Assembly: GCA_964016885.1 (NCBI GenBank)
Contig: OZ024759.1
Coordinates: 23,498,001 to 23,562,000 of the forward strand
Reading direction: 5' to 3'
Length of the DNA stretch: 64,000 bases
Origin: Eledone cirrhosa
Lineage: Eukaryota
Shown here: piece by piece, positions 28,214-42,612 of the stretch
Position numbering within the stretch: the stretch's first letter is position 1
Layout: each line of letters starts with the position of its first letter
Position numbers and translations under genes: made by a program
Notes under the pieces: generated by a model
What the model saw: only the letters and a program-made list of their open reading frames with translations
The model's database searches: none
What the model was told of the DNA's origin: nothing

Positions 28214-30177
28214 GAGGGCAGTGGATTGGCAGTATCAGTAGGGGGTCAGACGCCATGTTTTGGCGCATAGAGTTAGGGCCCTTGCCATTTTGAGTTCAAA
28301 ACCCACCGAGGTTAACTTTGCCTTTCATCCTCATAGGGTCGATAAAATAAAGTACCAGTCACGCACTGGGGTCGATTTAATCGACTTTCCCCTCCCCCAA
28401 AATCACTGGCCTTGTGCCAAAAGTAGAAACAATTATTATTATCATTATAATCGAAGTAGTGGATTGGCAGTATTGGTAGAACATTGGACACCATGCTTTG
28501 TGGCATAGAGTTATGGCCTTTTACGTCCTGATTTTAAATCCTGCCAAGGCTAGCTTTGCCTTCCGTTCTAATAGGGTCAATAAAATAAAGTACCAGTCAC
28601 GCACTGGGTCAATTCATTCGACTTTTCCCTCCCCTTCAAATTGCTGGCCTTGTGCCTAAAGTAGAAACAATTATTATTATTCCTCTCAGTTACTTTTATC
28701 ATTCCTCAACACCTGACTCAACCATCTCATTCCATTTCTCTTCACAACATTCATCACCGGCTCTATCATCCTTTCACCCCTCTCCAAGTCTTTGTTTTTT
28801 CTCCCTCTTTCTGATTACCTGAATAAATAAAAGACAAATCCATCCCTCCAACTCCTCCCTTCCACTCCAGAACTGAGCACCTACCTTTACACCGCTGTTT
28901 TGGTGGTGCCTCTGGTTGTGAGCAGTCATTTAAGCAGAAATAATCACTGGTTGTTTCATCTGTGAATGAAGTATTCCTCTGAATTTGTTGCTGACACTGT
29001 TCTCTGAGGTTGTTCACAGCAGCTGGAATCCAGAGCTTACCATCCCTCATCTATAAATTGAAAAAAAAATATGAGATAGCATCATCATCATCATTGTTGT
29101 CACCACCATCATCATCATCATCATCAGCATTTAATGTCTGCTTCCCCTGCTGGAAAAGTTTGGAAAGTTTTTTCACAGACTGAGTCAGTGGTAGGGGTTT
29201 CTAAATTTAGGCTGGGGTTTCTAAATTTAGGTTGGGGTTTCTAAATTTAGGCTGGGGTTTCTAAATTTAGGTTGGGGTTTCTAAATTTAGGTTGGGGTTT
29301 CTATATTTAGGTTGAGGTTTCTAAATTTAGGCTGGGGTCTCTAAATGTAGGTTGGGGTTTCTAAATTTAGGTTGAGGTTTCTAAATTTAGGCTAGGGTCT
29401 CTAAATTTAGGTTGGGTTTTCTAAATTTAGGTTGAGGTTTCTAAATTTAGGTTGTAGATACATGAAAGGCAACTGATGTACATAACAATCAACACATAAA
29501 TATAAAATAATAAAAAAGAAAGTAATAATTAAGTTTGTTTTTTTGATTTGTGGAAAATCAATCTTCAAACCTGAATATTTCGAAGACAATATTCCATGGA
29601 TTGGTTATAAACTTCTCGCATCCCTGGAATATTCTCACACTTTGATAGAACACTTTGGAAAGAATTATTACACCACTGTCGTGCATTCTCTTTTGTGGTA
29701 CCAGATTCAGTTGGCCAAAAAAATATCTAAAAATGAAGATGAAAAAGAGAAATAAGAGAAATCACCAACATTATCAGAAACTGAAGAGTTATCTCTATTT
29801 TATGGGGGACAAAGTTTGAAAGCCACGACAATACGGATTGAAAATAATCAAGTCATAAAAACGTTTTTTAACTTAATTTACACATATATCCTGATATTTC
29901 GAGAGTAATATCTCTTCTTCAAAGGAAAGTAAAAGAAGCCACATCGGACACTGGAAAATTCCTTTATTTTCCTCGGAAGAAGAGATATTAATCTTGAAAT
30001 ATCAGAACATACGAATGAATTAAGGTAAAAAACATCCCCTGTTTCTTACAACTTGATTATTTTCCATCCAATCTGCATTGACGTCGCTTTCAAACTTTGA
30101 ATTCTTTATACTATATACAAGTAAACTACAAATTCCTTCTATATATATAAATGTATGTGTGTGTGTGTGTAAATATA

Positions 30178-30232
<55 letters not shown>

Positions 30233-31132
30233 TGAGGATGTCTGTCTGTGTGTGTGTGTGTGAGTTTGAATCCCTAAAACTCGAGAACCACCCAACCGAC
30301 TGTTTTCAAACTTTACACATGTAATACTTATGTTTCAGGGAGTGTTCTGAGCAAATAAAATTTCAAATTTCCAATGCCCTAGGGACGGCATTAAGAGATT
30401 TAGCGATCTCCCTCTATAATTCTTAGTCTTTCTCTTTTTAGATAGATACATACATATAATGTTGTGCCCTTATAATATCTGTCTGTATGTCTGACTGTCT
30501 GCATTACGTCACTTCGCTGAGGATGGTGTGTGTGCGTGTGTGTCTGTGAATTTGAATCCCTAAAACTTAAGTACCCAACTGACTTTTTTCAAACTTTACA
30601 TGTGTATTACTTATGTTTCAGGGAGTGTTATGCACACAAAAACATTCATTTTTGATCCTCTAGGGCCTGCATTAGGTGAAAAACTGCGATTTTTTCAGGT
30701 TTTTAAGGGTTTTTTGAGGCGTTACGTCAGACTGATTTCCTTGAAATTGTAACTATGTATTAGTCAGTCTCTTCTTCATACTGTGAGCAAAGAAAATCCA
30801 AATTTTATTATGGCCTAGGGCCCGCATTAGGTGAAAAAACTTCATTTTCCCAGCTTTTTAGGGCTTTTTTGAGGCGTTACGTTCAAGGCATATTATGCAC
30901 ATAAAAAAATTCATTTTCTTGATCCCCTCTGGCCCGCATTAGGTGAAAACCTGCATTTTTCCTGCATTTTTCCTGCTTCATCGAGGAAAATCTTAAAGAT
31001 TATCCAGCCATCAGAATATTCGGTTTATTTTCTTTATATATTGTCCAGGCATATAATTTTTCCACGATTAGGTCTGTTGGCGGCCCGCGTTCCAAAATAC
31101 ATTATTCCGTGCAACGCCGGGTACCACTGCTA

Positions 31133-31203
<71 letters not shown>

Positions 31204-33674
31204 GTTATAAAAGGTAAAAAAGTGAGGCTGTGTGGTTACTGAAAACGAAGTGTCAGAAGCTAATTGGGACATAAACAAGAGAAGAAAGTTTCCCTTCGTC
31301 AACTGTTTACTACAGATCTTAGATGTTTCAGCGTTTAAAACAGAACATCGATCCGTAGTGCGCCCATGGCCTTTTATCCATCAAAAGACAATGAGGGAAA
31401 GAAGTGATAGTGAAGAGAGAGGAAGAAAGAAAAAGGGAGGAAGGAAAAAAGGAAAAAAGGCAAAAACGTACACACATACACACACACACACAGAGACACA
31501 CACACATAGTATACTGTTATATTCCAGGTGTAGTTATTTACCTTTGGATTTTCATCCTTGTATTTAAATTCAATTCGATTAGATTGACACCAGGGGCTGC
31601 TTACATCATACAACTCTTGATGTACACCTGCAGCGAAGGATAAACAAAAGAAAACATACCAAAAAATAAGTCAACAATACAGAGGAATAGTAACTATTGT
31701 CCTACATTCATGCCAAGGATGCTTAACTGTTGATGGAGTCCTAGGGATGCTGCAGTTATATACTACAGTGTATCTTGAGCATTTAAACCAGACACAGCTC
31801 ATTCATCTCCTGGCACATATATACACACACATACACACTCATATAGATACACACACATATACATACCTACTAACACATACACATACATATATACATACTT
31901 CAAAATGTCCATGCTCCCAAAATTCGCCAACACTACAGCTGATATTTCCCCTCCACACATACGCACACATGTATATCATGATATACACTGTTCACTTTCC
32001 TGACATTTGTACATTATTCTATGTACTATATATGCACCTTTGGTGTGTTGTAGTGCACCTGAGCACTGTACACAATAATTTTCATTATTATTTCATTATA
32101 CACGCATACATAAAATTACATACACACATATATATATATACACACACATACACATATATACATACATATGCACATACACAAACACACATATATACATATA
32201 CAAATACATTAGATATCTAACCCTGGCAGATAGATAGTGAGATAAACAAACAGACAGATAGGTGGATAGATAGGTAGGAAGATAGGTAGATAAATATATA
32301 GACAGATAGATAAGTAGATAGATAAGTAGATATATTTTTTTATTTGCCACAAGGGCGTACAAGAAAAGGGGACAAAACAAAGACACATACCGAGGATTTT
32401 ACATACAGTCGTGTATGTAAAATGAAATGAGTCATGTATGTAAAATGAAATGAGAAGTTCAAACATTATCGTCCAGAGTAAACACAAAAGTTAATAAAAT
32501 GTGGCACCAAGAAAAGTAACTAAAAGCAGTGGCCATACTTATACCACAACAACAATAAATACAAATAGGTTGAAGACACACACACATATATATATATATA
32601 AAGCACCCAGCACTCACTGTAAATGAGGTTGGTGTTAGAAAGGGCATCCAGCTGTAGAAATCAAGCCAAAAATATTTTCCCGTGTAAAAATATTGAAATG
32701 TGGGGAAGAAGTGTTGATCCATTTTTATTGGGTGAACTGAGTGTTTTTGAGCCAGAGTTTCACTCTTAAAGAGCACTGACACACTTCCATACTGTTTCCC
32801 TCTTTGGAGGTATGCCACATCTGGCTTGATATCTTTTAGTGCAGCTTCAATAGTGCTTGTTGGGAGCTTTATGGGGTTTTTGGTAATGATGTCAACTGTT
32901 CTATAGATTAGTTTCTTTTTCTGTGTCATCCCTCTTACTTGTGGGGTATGTGTATGTGTGGGGTGTCTCCCTCAAACGTCACATAGTTGGAAGCTTCTTC
33001 CAAATATTGGGACTTTTGGGAAATGTCCATGGGGTAATATTTAAAATCCTGTTGCTTAGCAACGGTTGCTGCAAATGAAATTTTGTTATTGTTGTTGTTG
33101 GTGGTGATGATGGTCTCTTTCGTTGTGTTGCCGCTGATTCCTTTTGTTGTATTGTTGTTGTTCTCATTTATTGTGTTGTTGTTGTTGTTGTTGCTTGTGG
33201 TGGTGTTAGTATTTGCTACACATTCTTCCTTCTGTGTGTGGATACATGTGCCGTTTGTGACATCAGGCATGTTCAGTTGCTTACAAGCAACTGAAGCTTC
33301 TTCCTCTTCTAAATGATGAGGCGATAATGTTGGCATTCCTTTGTCCATGTCTGCTACTACCTGCTGGTCAAGTAGGCATGCCTTTCCCTTCCCATCTCCT
33401 TGTATTGACAAAGAAGTAGGTGCTTTAGCTTCGGCCATTTTTTAAAAATTGAAGTGTTTTGTAAAAATATTTTCGAAAATATGTTGGATGTTTTTTGCCC
33501 TGAGGGGCACGATATTTTGGGAGACTGACCAGATCAAAATTTGACCTGTCAGTCCCTCTACAAATTGGTATAAAAATAAAAGTTCACAATGACGAATTTC
33601 TACAGAAATTTAAACAAAACTTACCGTGCAAGTTTAACACATGTGTGCATCCCAGAGATAGATAGATAGAAAGG

Positions 33675-33740
<66 letters not shown>

Positions 33741-36700
33741 AAGATAGATAGAAAGATAGATAGAAAGATATAGATAGATAGATAGATAGATAGATAGAAA
33801 GATAGATAGATAGATAGAAAGATAGATAGAAGAATTACATGATTTACCATATCTTCCTTCTTTGGCGTTCTGTGGACAGTGTGTTCTGTCTTGATATATA
33901 CCACAAACTGGTGATTTTCCAAGAATACAGTCACAGTATTTAGGGATCATCTTAACTGAATCATATGGATTATGACCACAATATCCACTGTATATGGAAC
34001 TGGAAGGGTTCGCTCTGCAATTGTAAGAGGTTCAGGTTTTGGCAATTAGACTAGAAATGGTATGAAACAGCAAGACATGGTCACCTGACCTAGCATTGCC
34101 CACAACAGGGCAACTCATCTAACCCATGCTAGTGTGAAAAATGGATGTGAAATGATGATGGTGATGATGATGATGATGTGTAATCTCAGACTACATTATC
34201 TAATGATTAGCCACCATCAGCGTCACCACCACCACCACCACCACCACCACCATTTAACGTCTTTTTCTTCTTCTTCTTCTGTGTATATATGTGTGTGTGT
34301 GTGTATGTGTGTGTGTGTGTGTCCGCTCGAAAGAAATATATATAAAAAAAAGAAAGGAATGAAAAGAGATAAAAAGAAAGAAAGTTGGTTACCTGTATGA
34401 CATAAGTGATTCTCTGCTGATCATGTCGTAATCATTGGTCCGTGAGGTATATCTGCTACATAGACCTGTAAGTAAAACATTATATTAGGTCATGGGCGGT
34501 GGATTGGCAGTATCGGTAGAGAGTCGGACGCCATGCTTTTCAGTATAGAGTTACAGCCCTTTATGATCTGAGTTCAAATCTCGCCGAGGTTAACTTTGCC
34601 TTTCATCCTTACGGGTTTGATAAAATAAAGTACCAGTAATGCACTGGGATAATTGCTGGCCTTGTGCCAAAAGTAGAAACAATTATATTAGAGGAAAGCT
34701 AGAACATATACAGACAGCAAATTGGCAGAGTTGTTAGAGTGTCAGATAGAATGCTTTGTAGTATTTGTCCTGGCTCTCTGCACTCTGAGTTTAAATCCCA
34801 CCGAGGTAAACTTTGCCTTTCATTCTTTCAAGGTTGCTAAAATAATACTGGGGTCACTTCTTCCTTTATATCGCTTTCTCACTTCTTCTCTATCATTCTT
34901 TCTCTTTCTCTGGAAGAAATCAGGTGTATTTATTACAGCTCCCCGCAATATGAGTTCAAATCCTATCAAGGTCAATAAAAAAAGTACCAGTCAAGTATTG
35001 GGGTTGATTCTTCCTCTATATCTCTTTCTCACTTCTCTATCATTCTCTTTTTTTCTGAGAAAGTAGTCATTTTTTTTTTTTTTTTGCAGATATGGATAGG
35101 GGATGGGCTTTGCTAGGCATAAGCATATTGCTCCTATAATTTTTGAGGGTGCAGACGTTCATAATTTTCTGACAAAGATGACTAATTTTAAAGAGTACAC
35201 TGGGTGCATTTTTCTGACAGTGAGCACAACCACTTTACAGACTTGTTGAGGTATATTCTATGAAATTTAAGAATTTTTAGACAACAATTTTCAGGAGAGG
35301 TGCAGCTGTAACGCCACTGCTGCCAGGTTTTAAAAAATGCCTAAGAAATGCTGTAAGACATTATGGCAGCCCTATAACTCCACAAGGAGTATGGACATAA
35401 GAACACAGGAACTGAGATCATATACTGCAAAATATCTTGCCTGACTCTTTAACAATTCCTATCAAGGAAAGAAAGATTGGTCTCTCCATTGTCAATGCAA
35501 TCTGGCAGTTACAATTCCTGGCTGGAAGATGTGGGATTTGAACTCAGAACACTGAGCCAGATCATCATCATCATCATCATCATGACTGGTACTTTATTTT
35601 ATCGAACACAGTAAGTGGAGGTGCTTGGCCTAGTGGTACAGGTGTTGGACTTATGATCATAATGTTATGGGTTTGATTCCTGGACTGGATTGTGTGTTGT
35701 GTTCTTGAGCAAAACACTTCATTTCACATTGCTCCAGTATAATCAGGTGAAAATGTGTACCAGCAATAGCTGAAGGTTTAACCCTGCAATGGTGTGCTTG
35801 AGTAAAACCCTTCATTTCATGTTGCTCCAGTATACTCAGCTGAAAATGAGTCATAGCAGTAGCTGGAAGTTTAACCCTGCAATGGACTGACATCCTGTCC
35901 AGGGGAGAATCTTGTACTCTAAGATGCTTAATGCCATGGAAACTAAAATAAACACTGGCCTGATGAGCTAGGGGGCATGCAACAAACTTTAACCTTGTAA
36001 TGGACTGGCGTCCTGTCAAGTGGGGAGTCTTGTACTTTAAGATGCTTAAATCCATGAAAACTAGAATAAGCACCAGCCTGATGAGCCGACAGACTCAAAA
36101 CAGATTTTAGACATTTTTTTTTTTAAGGATGAAAAGTAAAGTTGAGTTCACTGGGATTTGAACTTGGATTGTAAGGAGCCAAAACAAAATACTGTTAAGC
36201 ATTTGCCTGGCACTTTAATGGCTATAAGAAAAAAAAAAAAAGAATCCAGTTCTTACCATCGATGTTATTTACGTCACTTGGAGAAGACAGGACCCTGACG
36301 TTCATGTGGTGAGATATTTTACCAACATTAACAGTTACGACTGTACCAGTTGAGAAAATGACCTGCCAAAATAGATAATTTGTAAATTATACAATACTTT
36401 AAAGGAGTATAGTTAATGTGAAGCATTGTGGGATATGTAATAAATAACTGATAAGTTTCAAAAAGGCGGTAAAACATGGTCATCATCATCATCATCATTT
36501 TACATCCGCTTTTCCTTGCAAGGGTGAGACGGGTCCTCTTCTGCACAGCATCTCTCCATTTGTCAGGGTCCTTTATCATCTCCTCTGTGAGTTTCAGCGA
36601 TCTGAGGTCAGCTTTCACTACCTCCGCCCATGTTTTTCGTGGTCTTCCTACTGCGACTTCCTTTCACTATGATTTCTTGGCACTTCTTTACCCAGCGGTC

Positions 36701-38612
36701 ATCCTCCATGCACATCACATGTCCATACCATCACAGTCTTCTCTCCCTCACACTACAACTTATACACAGTTTCTCTCTCAACTCAATGCAATAGATATAT
36801 ATATATAAAGAGCAAAAGATGACAAATAAAACAAAACCAAATAATGTATCTGTCTCTCTCTGGGAGAAACTGACCATGTCCAGTCTAGGAGAAGAAGGAA
36901 CCATGCCAAGTATTTAAAAAAGTTTCTAAGACATACTGTATGTCATGACAACACTTTGACACCAATACTGGGATTGTGTTTTTTCTCTCTATCTCTTTCT
37001 TACCTCTCTTCTCTCTCTCTCTCTCTCTCTCTCCCTTCATTTCTCTCTCCTCTCTCTTTTTTTTATTTCTCTCTCTCTCACTCCCTTCGTTTCTCTCTTC
37101 TCTCTCTTTATTTCTCTCTCCTCTCTCTTTTTTTATTTCTCTCTCTCTCTCACTCCATTTCTCTCTCACTCCCTTCATTTCTCTCTTCTCTCTCTTTATT
37201 TCTCTCTCTCTCACTCCCTTCTTTCTCTCTCCTCTCTCTTTTTTTATTTCTCTCTCTCTCACTCCATTTCTCTCTCACTCCCTTCATTTCTCTCGTCTCT
37301 CTCTTTATTTCTCTCTCTCTCACTCCCTTCTTTCTCTCTCCTTTCTCTTTATTTCTCTCTCTCTCACTCCCTTCATTTCGCTCTTCTCTCTTTTTCTCTT
37401 TATTTCTCTCTCTCCCTCTCCTTTTATTTCTCTCTCCTCCTCTCTCTCATTCATTATTTCTCTCTTTCCTCTCTCTCATTCATTATTTCTCTCCCTCCTC
37501 CTCTCTCTCTCCTCTCTCTCATTCATTATTGTCGGACGCCAACATAGTTACGTCCCTTTACGACCTGAGTTCAAATCCCGACGAGGTTGACTTTGCCTTT
37601 CATCCTTACGCGGTCGATAAAATAAAGTACCAGTAATGCACTGGATAATTTCTGGCCTTGTGCCAATAGTAGAAACAATTATTTCTCTCCCTCCCCCTCT
37701 TTTTCCTCTCTTTCATTCATTATTTCTCTCCCTCCTCCTCTCTCAAGGAGACGTGATGGGGCCTGTCAGATATTTTAAAAATATCTAAGACATAACTCTC
37801 CATCATGATAACTCTACAGTGACACCATCAGGATTTACAGGTCCATGGCATGGCATGGCATCGCATAGCATGGCCTGGGCCCCAATCAAAAGAATTCAAT
37901 TTTATACCTTATAGATCTTTCCCTCATTGATTCTTCTTATTTCTGTAGCATCTGAGAAGTTGGCTCCATTCATTAAATAAAACTTTAATCTGAACGGCGT
38001 CCAGGATTCAGAATCGGCAGTCGGAGAACATCGGTCAAAGAGGACGACATCAGAGCCAGATTGTACAGCAACGGCACAGGTGCAAACTGCTTTATTTTGG
38101 CAATATCGGTTGAAGATGTGTACCTGTAATAAATATCAAGGATCAAGGGTTATGTAGTGTCGACCTTTTTTTCGTTTTAGCAATAGTAATGTTTTGAATA
38201 GGAATATCAAAATTATAGAACATCGTTTATTTTTTTTTTTTTTCAATGTATTTAACCCTTTAGCATTTAAACCGGCCATGTCCAGCCAGAATTCTCTCAC
38301 CTCTTTCTGTTCAAAACGGCTGTAGCTGGCCACTCATACTTATGTTAAGTTATTATTCTCAAAATAAATAATATCAAAATCTCATAGATCCGATATTATG
38401 TGAGATAATTATGTGAGGTAAATACTTTACCATGAAAATATAATAGTAAATATAGAGTAATGGAAATGTTAAAGGGTTAGGGTTTCCTTTCTTTTGGTGG
38501 TATGGATTGGAAAGGGTGATACACACATACATGAAAAGTGCATGTGTACGTGTATGCATATATAGACACACCCATATATCTATATATATATACCTACAAA
38601 TTATATATACAT

Positions 38613-38643
<31 letters not shown>

Positions 38644-41020
38644 TACATATATATACATACATATACATATATATATATATATACATACATATATATATAT
38701 ATATACATATATATACATACATATACATATATATATATATATACATACATATACGTACATATATATACATACATATACATATATATATATACATATATAT
38801 ACATATATATATATACATATATATACATACATATACATATATATATACATATATATACATACATATATATATATATACATATACATATATATACATACAT
38901 ATACATATATATACATATATATATATATATACATATATATACATACATATACATATATATATATATATACATATATATATACATATACATATATATATAT
39001 ATATACATATATATATACATATATTTATATGCATATATATATATATATAGATATATACATATATATACATATACATATATATACATATATATACATACAT
39101 ATATATACATATATATATATATATATAGATATATACATATATATATACATACATATACATACATATATATATATATATATAAATATATATAATATACCTG
39201 CCAAAGATGCTTCCGTGCGAGCGAGACACGATCTCCCGACCATTCCCGCATCGAATGGAACAAAACCGTCTAACCCATGCTAGCGTGGAAGATGGACGTT
39301 AAACGATGATGATGATGATACATATAAAGTAAATATATATATAAAGTATATAAAGTATATATATATATAAAGTATATACATATATATATATACATATATA
39401 TAAAGTATATATATATAGTATATACATATATATATATACATATATATAAAGTATATATATATAAAGTATATATATATATATACATATATATATACATATA
39501 TATATATACATATATATATATAAAGTATATATATATAAAGTATATATATATATATATATATAAAGTATATATATATATATATATATAAAGTATATATATA
39601 TATATATAAAGTATATATATATATATATAAAGTATATATATATAAAGTATATATATATATATAAAGTATATATATATAAAGTATATATATATATATATAT
39701 ATATAAAGTATATATATATATATATATAAAGTATATATATATAAAGCATATATATATATATAAAGTATATATATATATATAAAGTATATATATATATATA
39801 TAGAGTATATATATATATATAAAGTATATATATATATATAAAGTATATATATATATAAAGTATATATATATATATATGCAATTTTTTGTACGATATCCAC
39901 ATACTGAATTCATTTGCCAAAATATGGGGAATTTCCCCTTGTGACTTACGCATGTGCATTTACTAACTTCTGCGTCACTCACAAAATTTGTTACAGAGCA
40001 AAATTACCTGTTGATAACGTGATATTCCTTGTTTGATCATTATGCTGAAAGCTTATAGTTTTAAGCAGACAGTATTATTGATTTAGGTGTCATAGAAACC
40101 CTGAATTTGGATTTTACTACATATTCCATTTGGGTCCAGGTCGGTTTTTATCATTTATTTTGTTTGACCTGTTTAGCTTGATTTGTTTTTGGCTTAGGTG
40201 GTTAATGCCTTCTTAACCACTTTTTCAATTTGTATGGCGTTTTAACATATTGTTTAGCTCTAGTTTTTCTATGATTTTGCCAGCATTTCTACGATTTTGC
40301 GTTTCGTTTCACTTTTTCTACCAACCGAAATATGATTCTCGTTGAATTATATTTATATATATATATATAAATAAAGTATATATATATATAAAGTATATAT
40401 ATATATACATATAAAGTATATATATATATACATATAAAGTATATATATATATAAGTAGGGAAAAGCGGACGTAAAATGAAATGAATATCATTTCATTTTA
40501 CGCCCACTTTTCCCTGCTTGCAAGGGTGGGATGGGAACTGATTCTGGCTTGATTTCTACAGCTGGATGCCCTTCCTAATACCAACCTCATTTACAGTGAG
40601 TGCTGGGTGCTTTTTTGCCGTGGCACCTCCATGACCACTTTACAGTGGAATGATAGGGGCCCAAGTCCCTATCATCTCATTTCTACAGCTGACTAAACTG
40701 GAGCCATGTGAAATAAAGTGTCTTGCTCAAGGAAACAACACATCACCCGGTCTGAGAATTGAACTCACAACCTTTCGATTGCAAGGCCACTGCTCTAACC
40801 ACTAAGCCATGTGCCTCCATATATATCATCGTCATCATCACCGTTTTACGTCCGTTCTTCCACGCTAGCATATATATATATATATAAAGTATATACATAT
40901 ATATATATATATATAAAGTATATATATATATACATAAAAAGTATAGATATATATATACATATAATGTATATATATATATATACATATATATACATATACA
41001 TATATATATATACATATAAA

Positions 41021-41066
<46 letters not shown>

Positions 41067-41069
41067 AAA

Positions 41070-41137
<68 letters not shown>

Positions 41138-41140
41138 AAA

Positions 41141-41207
<67 letters not shown>

Positions 41208-41477
41208 GATATATATATATATATTTAATATTAATAATGGCATCCTCATGCAGAAAGAAAAGTTGTCATATATAGATATACATACATGTACTGTTGACAG
41301 ATGTAATAATGAGTCAACACTAAACTATTATTTATAATGGCTGAGTGATATCTTGTTACTGTGAAGTTTCACCTGTGTATTCACAGATTGTAAGATGATC
41401 CAGTGAATACACAGGTGAAACTCCACAGTAACAAGAGTCATCACTTATCCATAAAAATGAATATATATATGATGATG

Positions 41478-41517
<40 letters not shown>

Positions 41518-42566
41518 ATATAAATCTATAATTTAGCCGTGTAGGTGACACGGTAAAAACCTCCCAGTCCACACTGTAAACGTGGTTGGTGTTAATAAGG
41601 GCATCCAGATGTAGAAAACCCGCCAGACAGTCCTATGCGAGCAAGACAACCAATCTTGCCTCACGTGGGACAATTCCCGTCTAAACCCATGCTAGCGTGG
41701 AAGATAGACATTAAAAGATGATGATGATGATTATATATATATATATATATATACAATGATATTAAATAAATGGAAACTATATTTATAAAACCATATTTAT
41801 TCTATTATATATATTTCAAGGGTACCAAAACTTTGGTACGCTCTCATCAGATAAAATACAAAGCTTGTTTTATAAATATTGACATAACCAGGAAGAAGAG
41901 CTTAACAGTTCAAGTTTTTCCTGGATAGTTCCTGGATATCCAGGAAAAACTTGAACCATTAAGTTCTTCTTCCTGGTTATGTCAATATTTATAAAACAAA
42001 CTTTTTATTTTATCTGATGAGTGCGTACCAAAGTTTTGGTACCCTTGAAATATATATAATAGAATAAATATGGTTTTATAAATATAGTTTCCATTTATTT
42101 AATATCATTGAATAATATACTCCAGAAAATCTGTCGATAGCTTTGAATTAGTTATAAACATTTATATTTGTTGAATTACCAACAAATTAAATATCCCTTT
42201 TGCTAATATATATATATATAAGAAAGTGGCTTCCTTGTTCAATCATCTTACCAGAAGCCTAACATTATTTATGTAAGCGGACAATACTTGATTTAGGAGC
42301 CGCAGAAACCCAAATACTGGATTTTACCAACCTTCCAGGGGTCCGGGTAAATTTTCAATCACAGATATTTTTTATTTGTTTGACCCGAATTACTTGATCG
42401 TTTTTTTGGCTATGCGAATGATTGTTTAACCATCGTCTCAGTGTGTTTGGCCTTTAAAGTTTGTTATAGCTCTGGTTCATCTGAATCATTGAGCACTTGC
42501 CACACATCTCAAAGGTTGTTTTTCGTTATTTCGTGGGCGGAAATGCGATTCTCGATAATTTATGTT

Positions 42567-42612
<46 letters not shown>

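Noticed and set aside
31310-31392. Degenerate hammerhead-like motifs here and near 13260-13310 and 46700-46765
   Set aside because: Too many core or stem mismatches to distinguish from chance.
34015-34050. Alternative acceptor at 34051 for exon B9
   Set aside because: Introduces an in-frame stop; the acceptor at 34015 keeps the frame.
36885-37636. Long SL-rich or ER-rich ORFs
   Set aside because: CT-rich low-complexity repeat.
38374-41275. Long YI-rich ORFs
   Set aside because: Translations of (TA)n/(TACA)n microsatellites; the same applies near 12-14, 43.7 and 57.3 kb.
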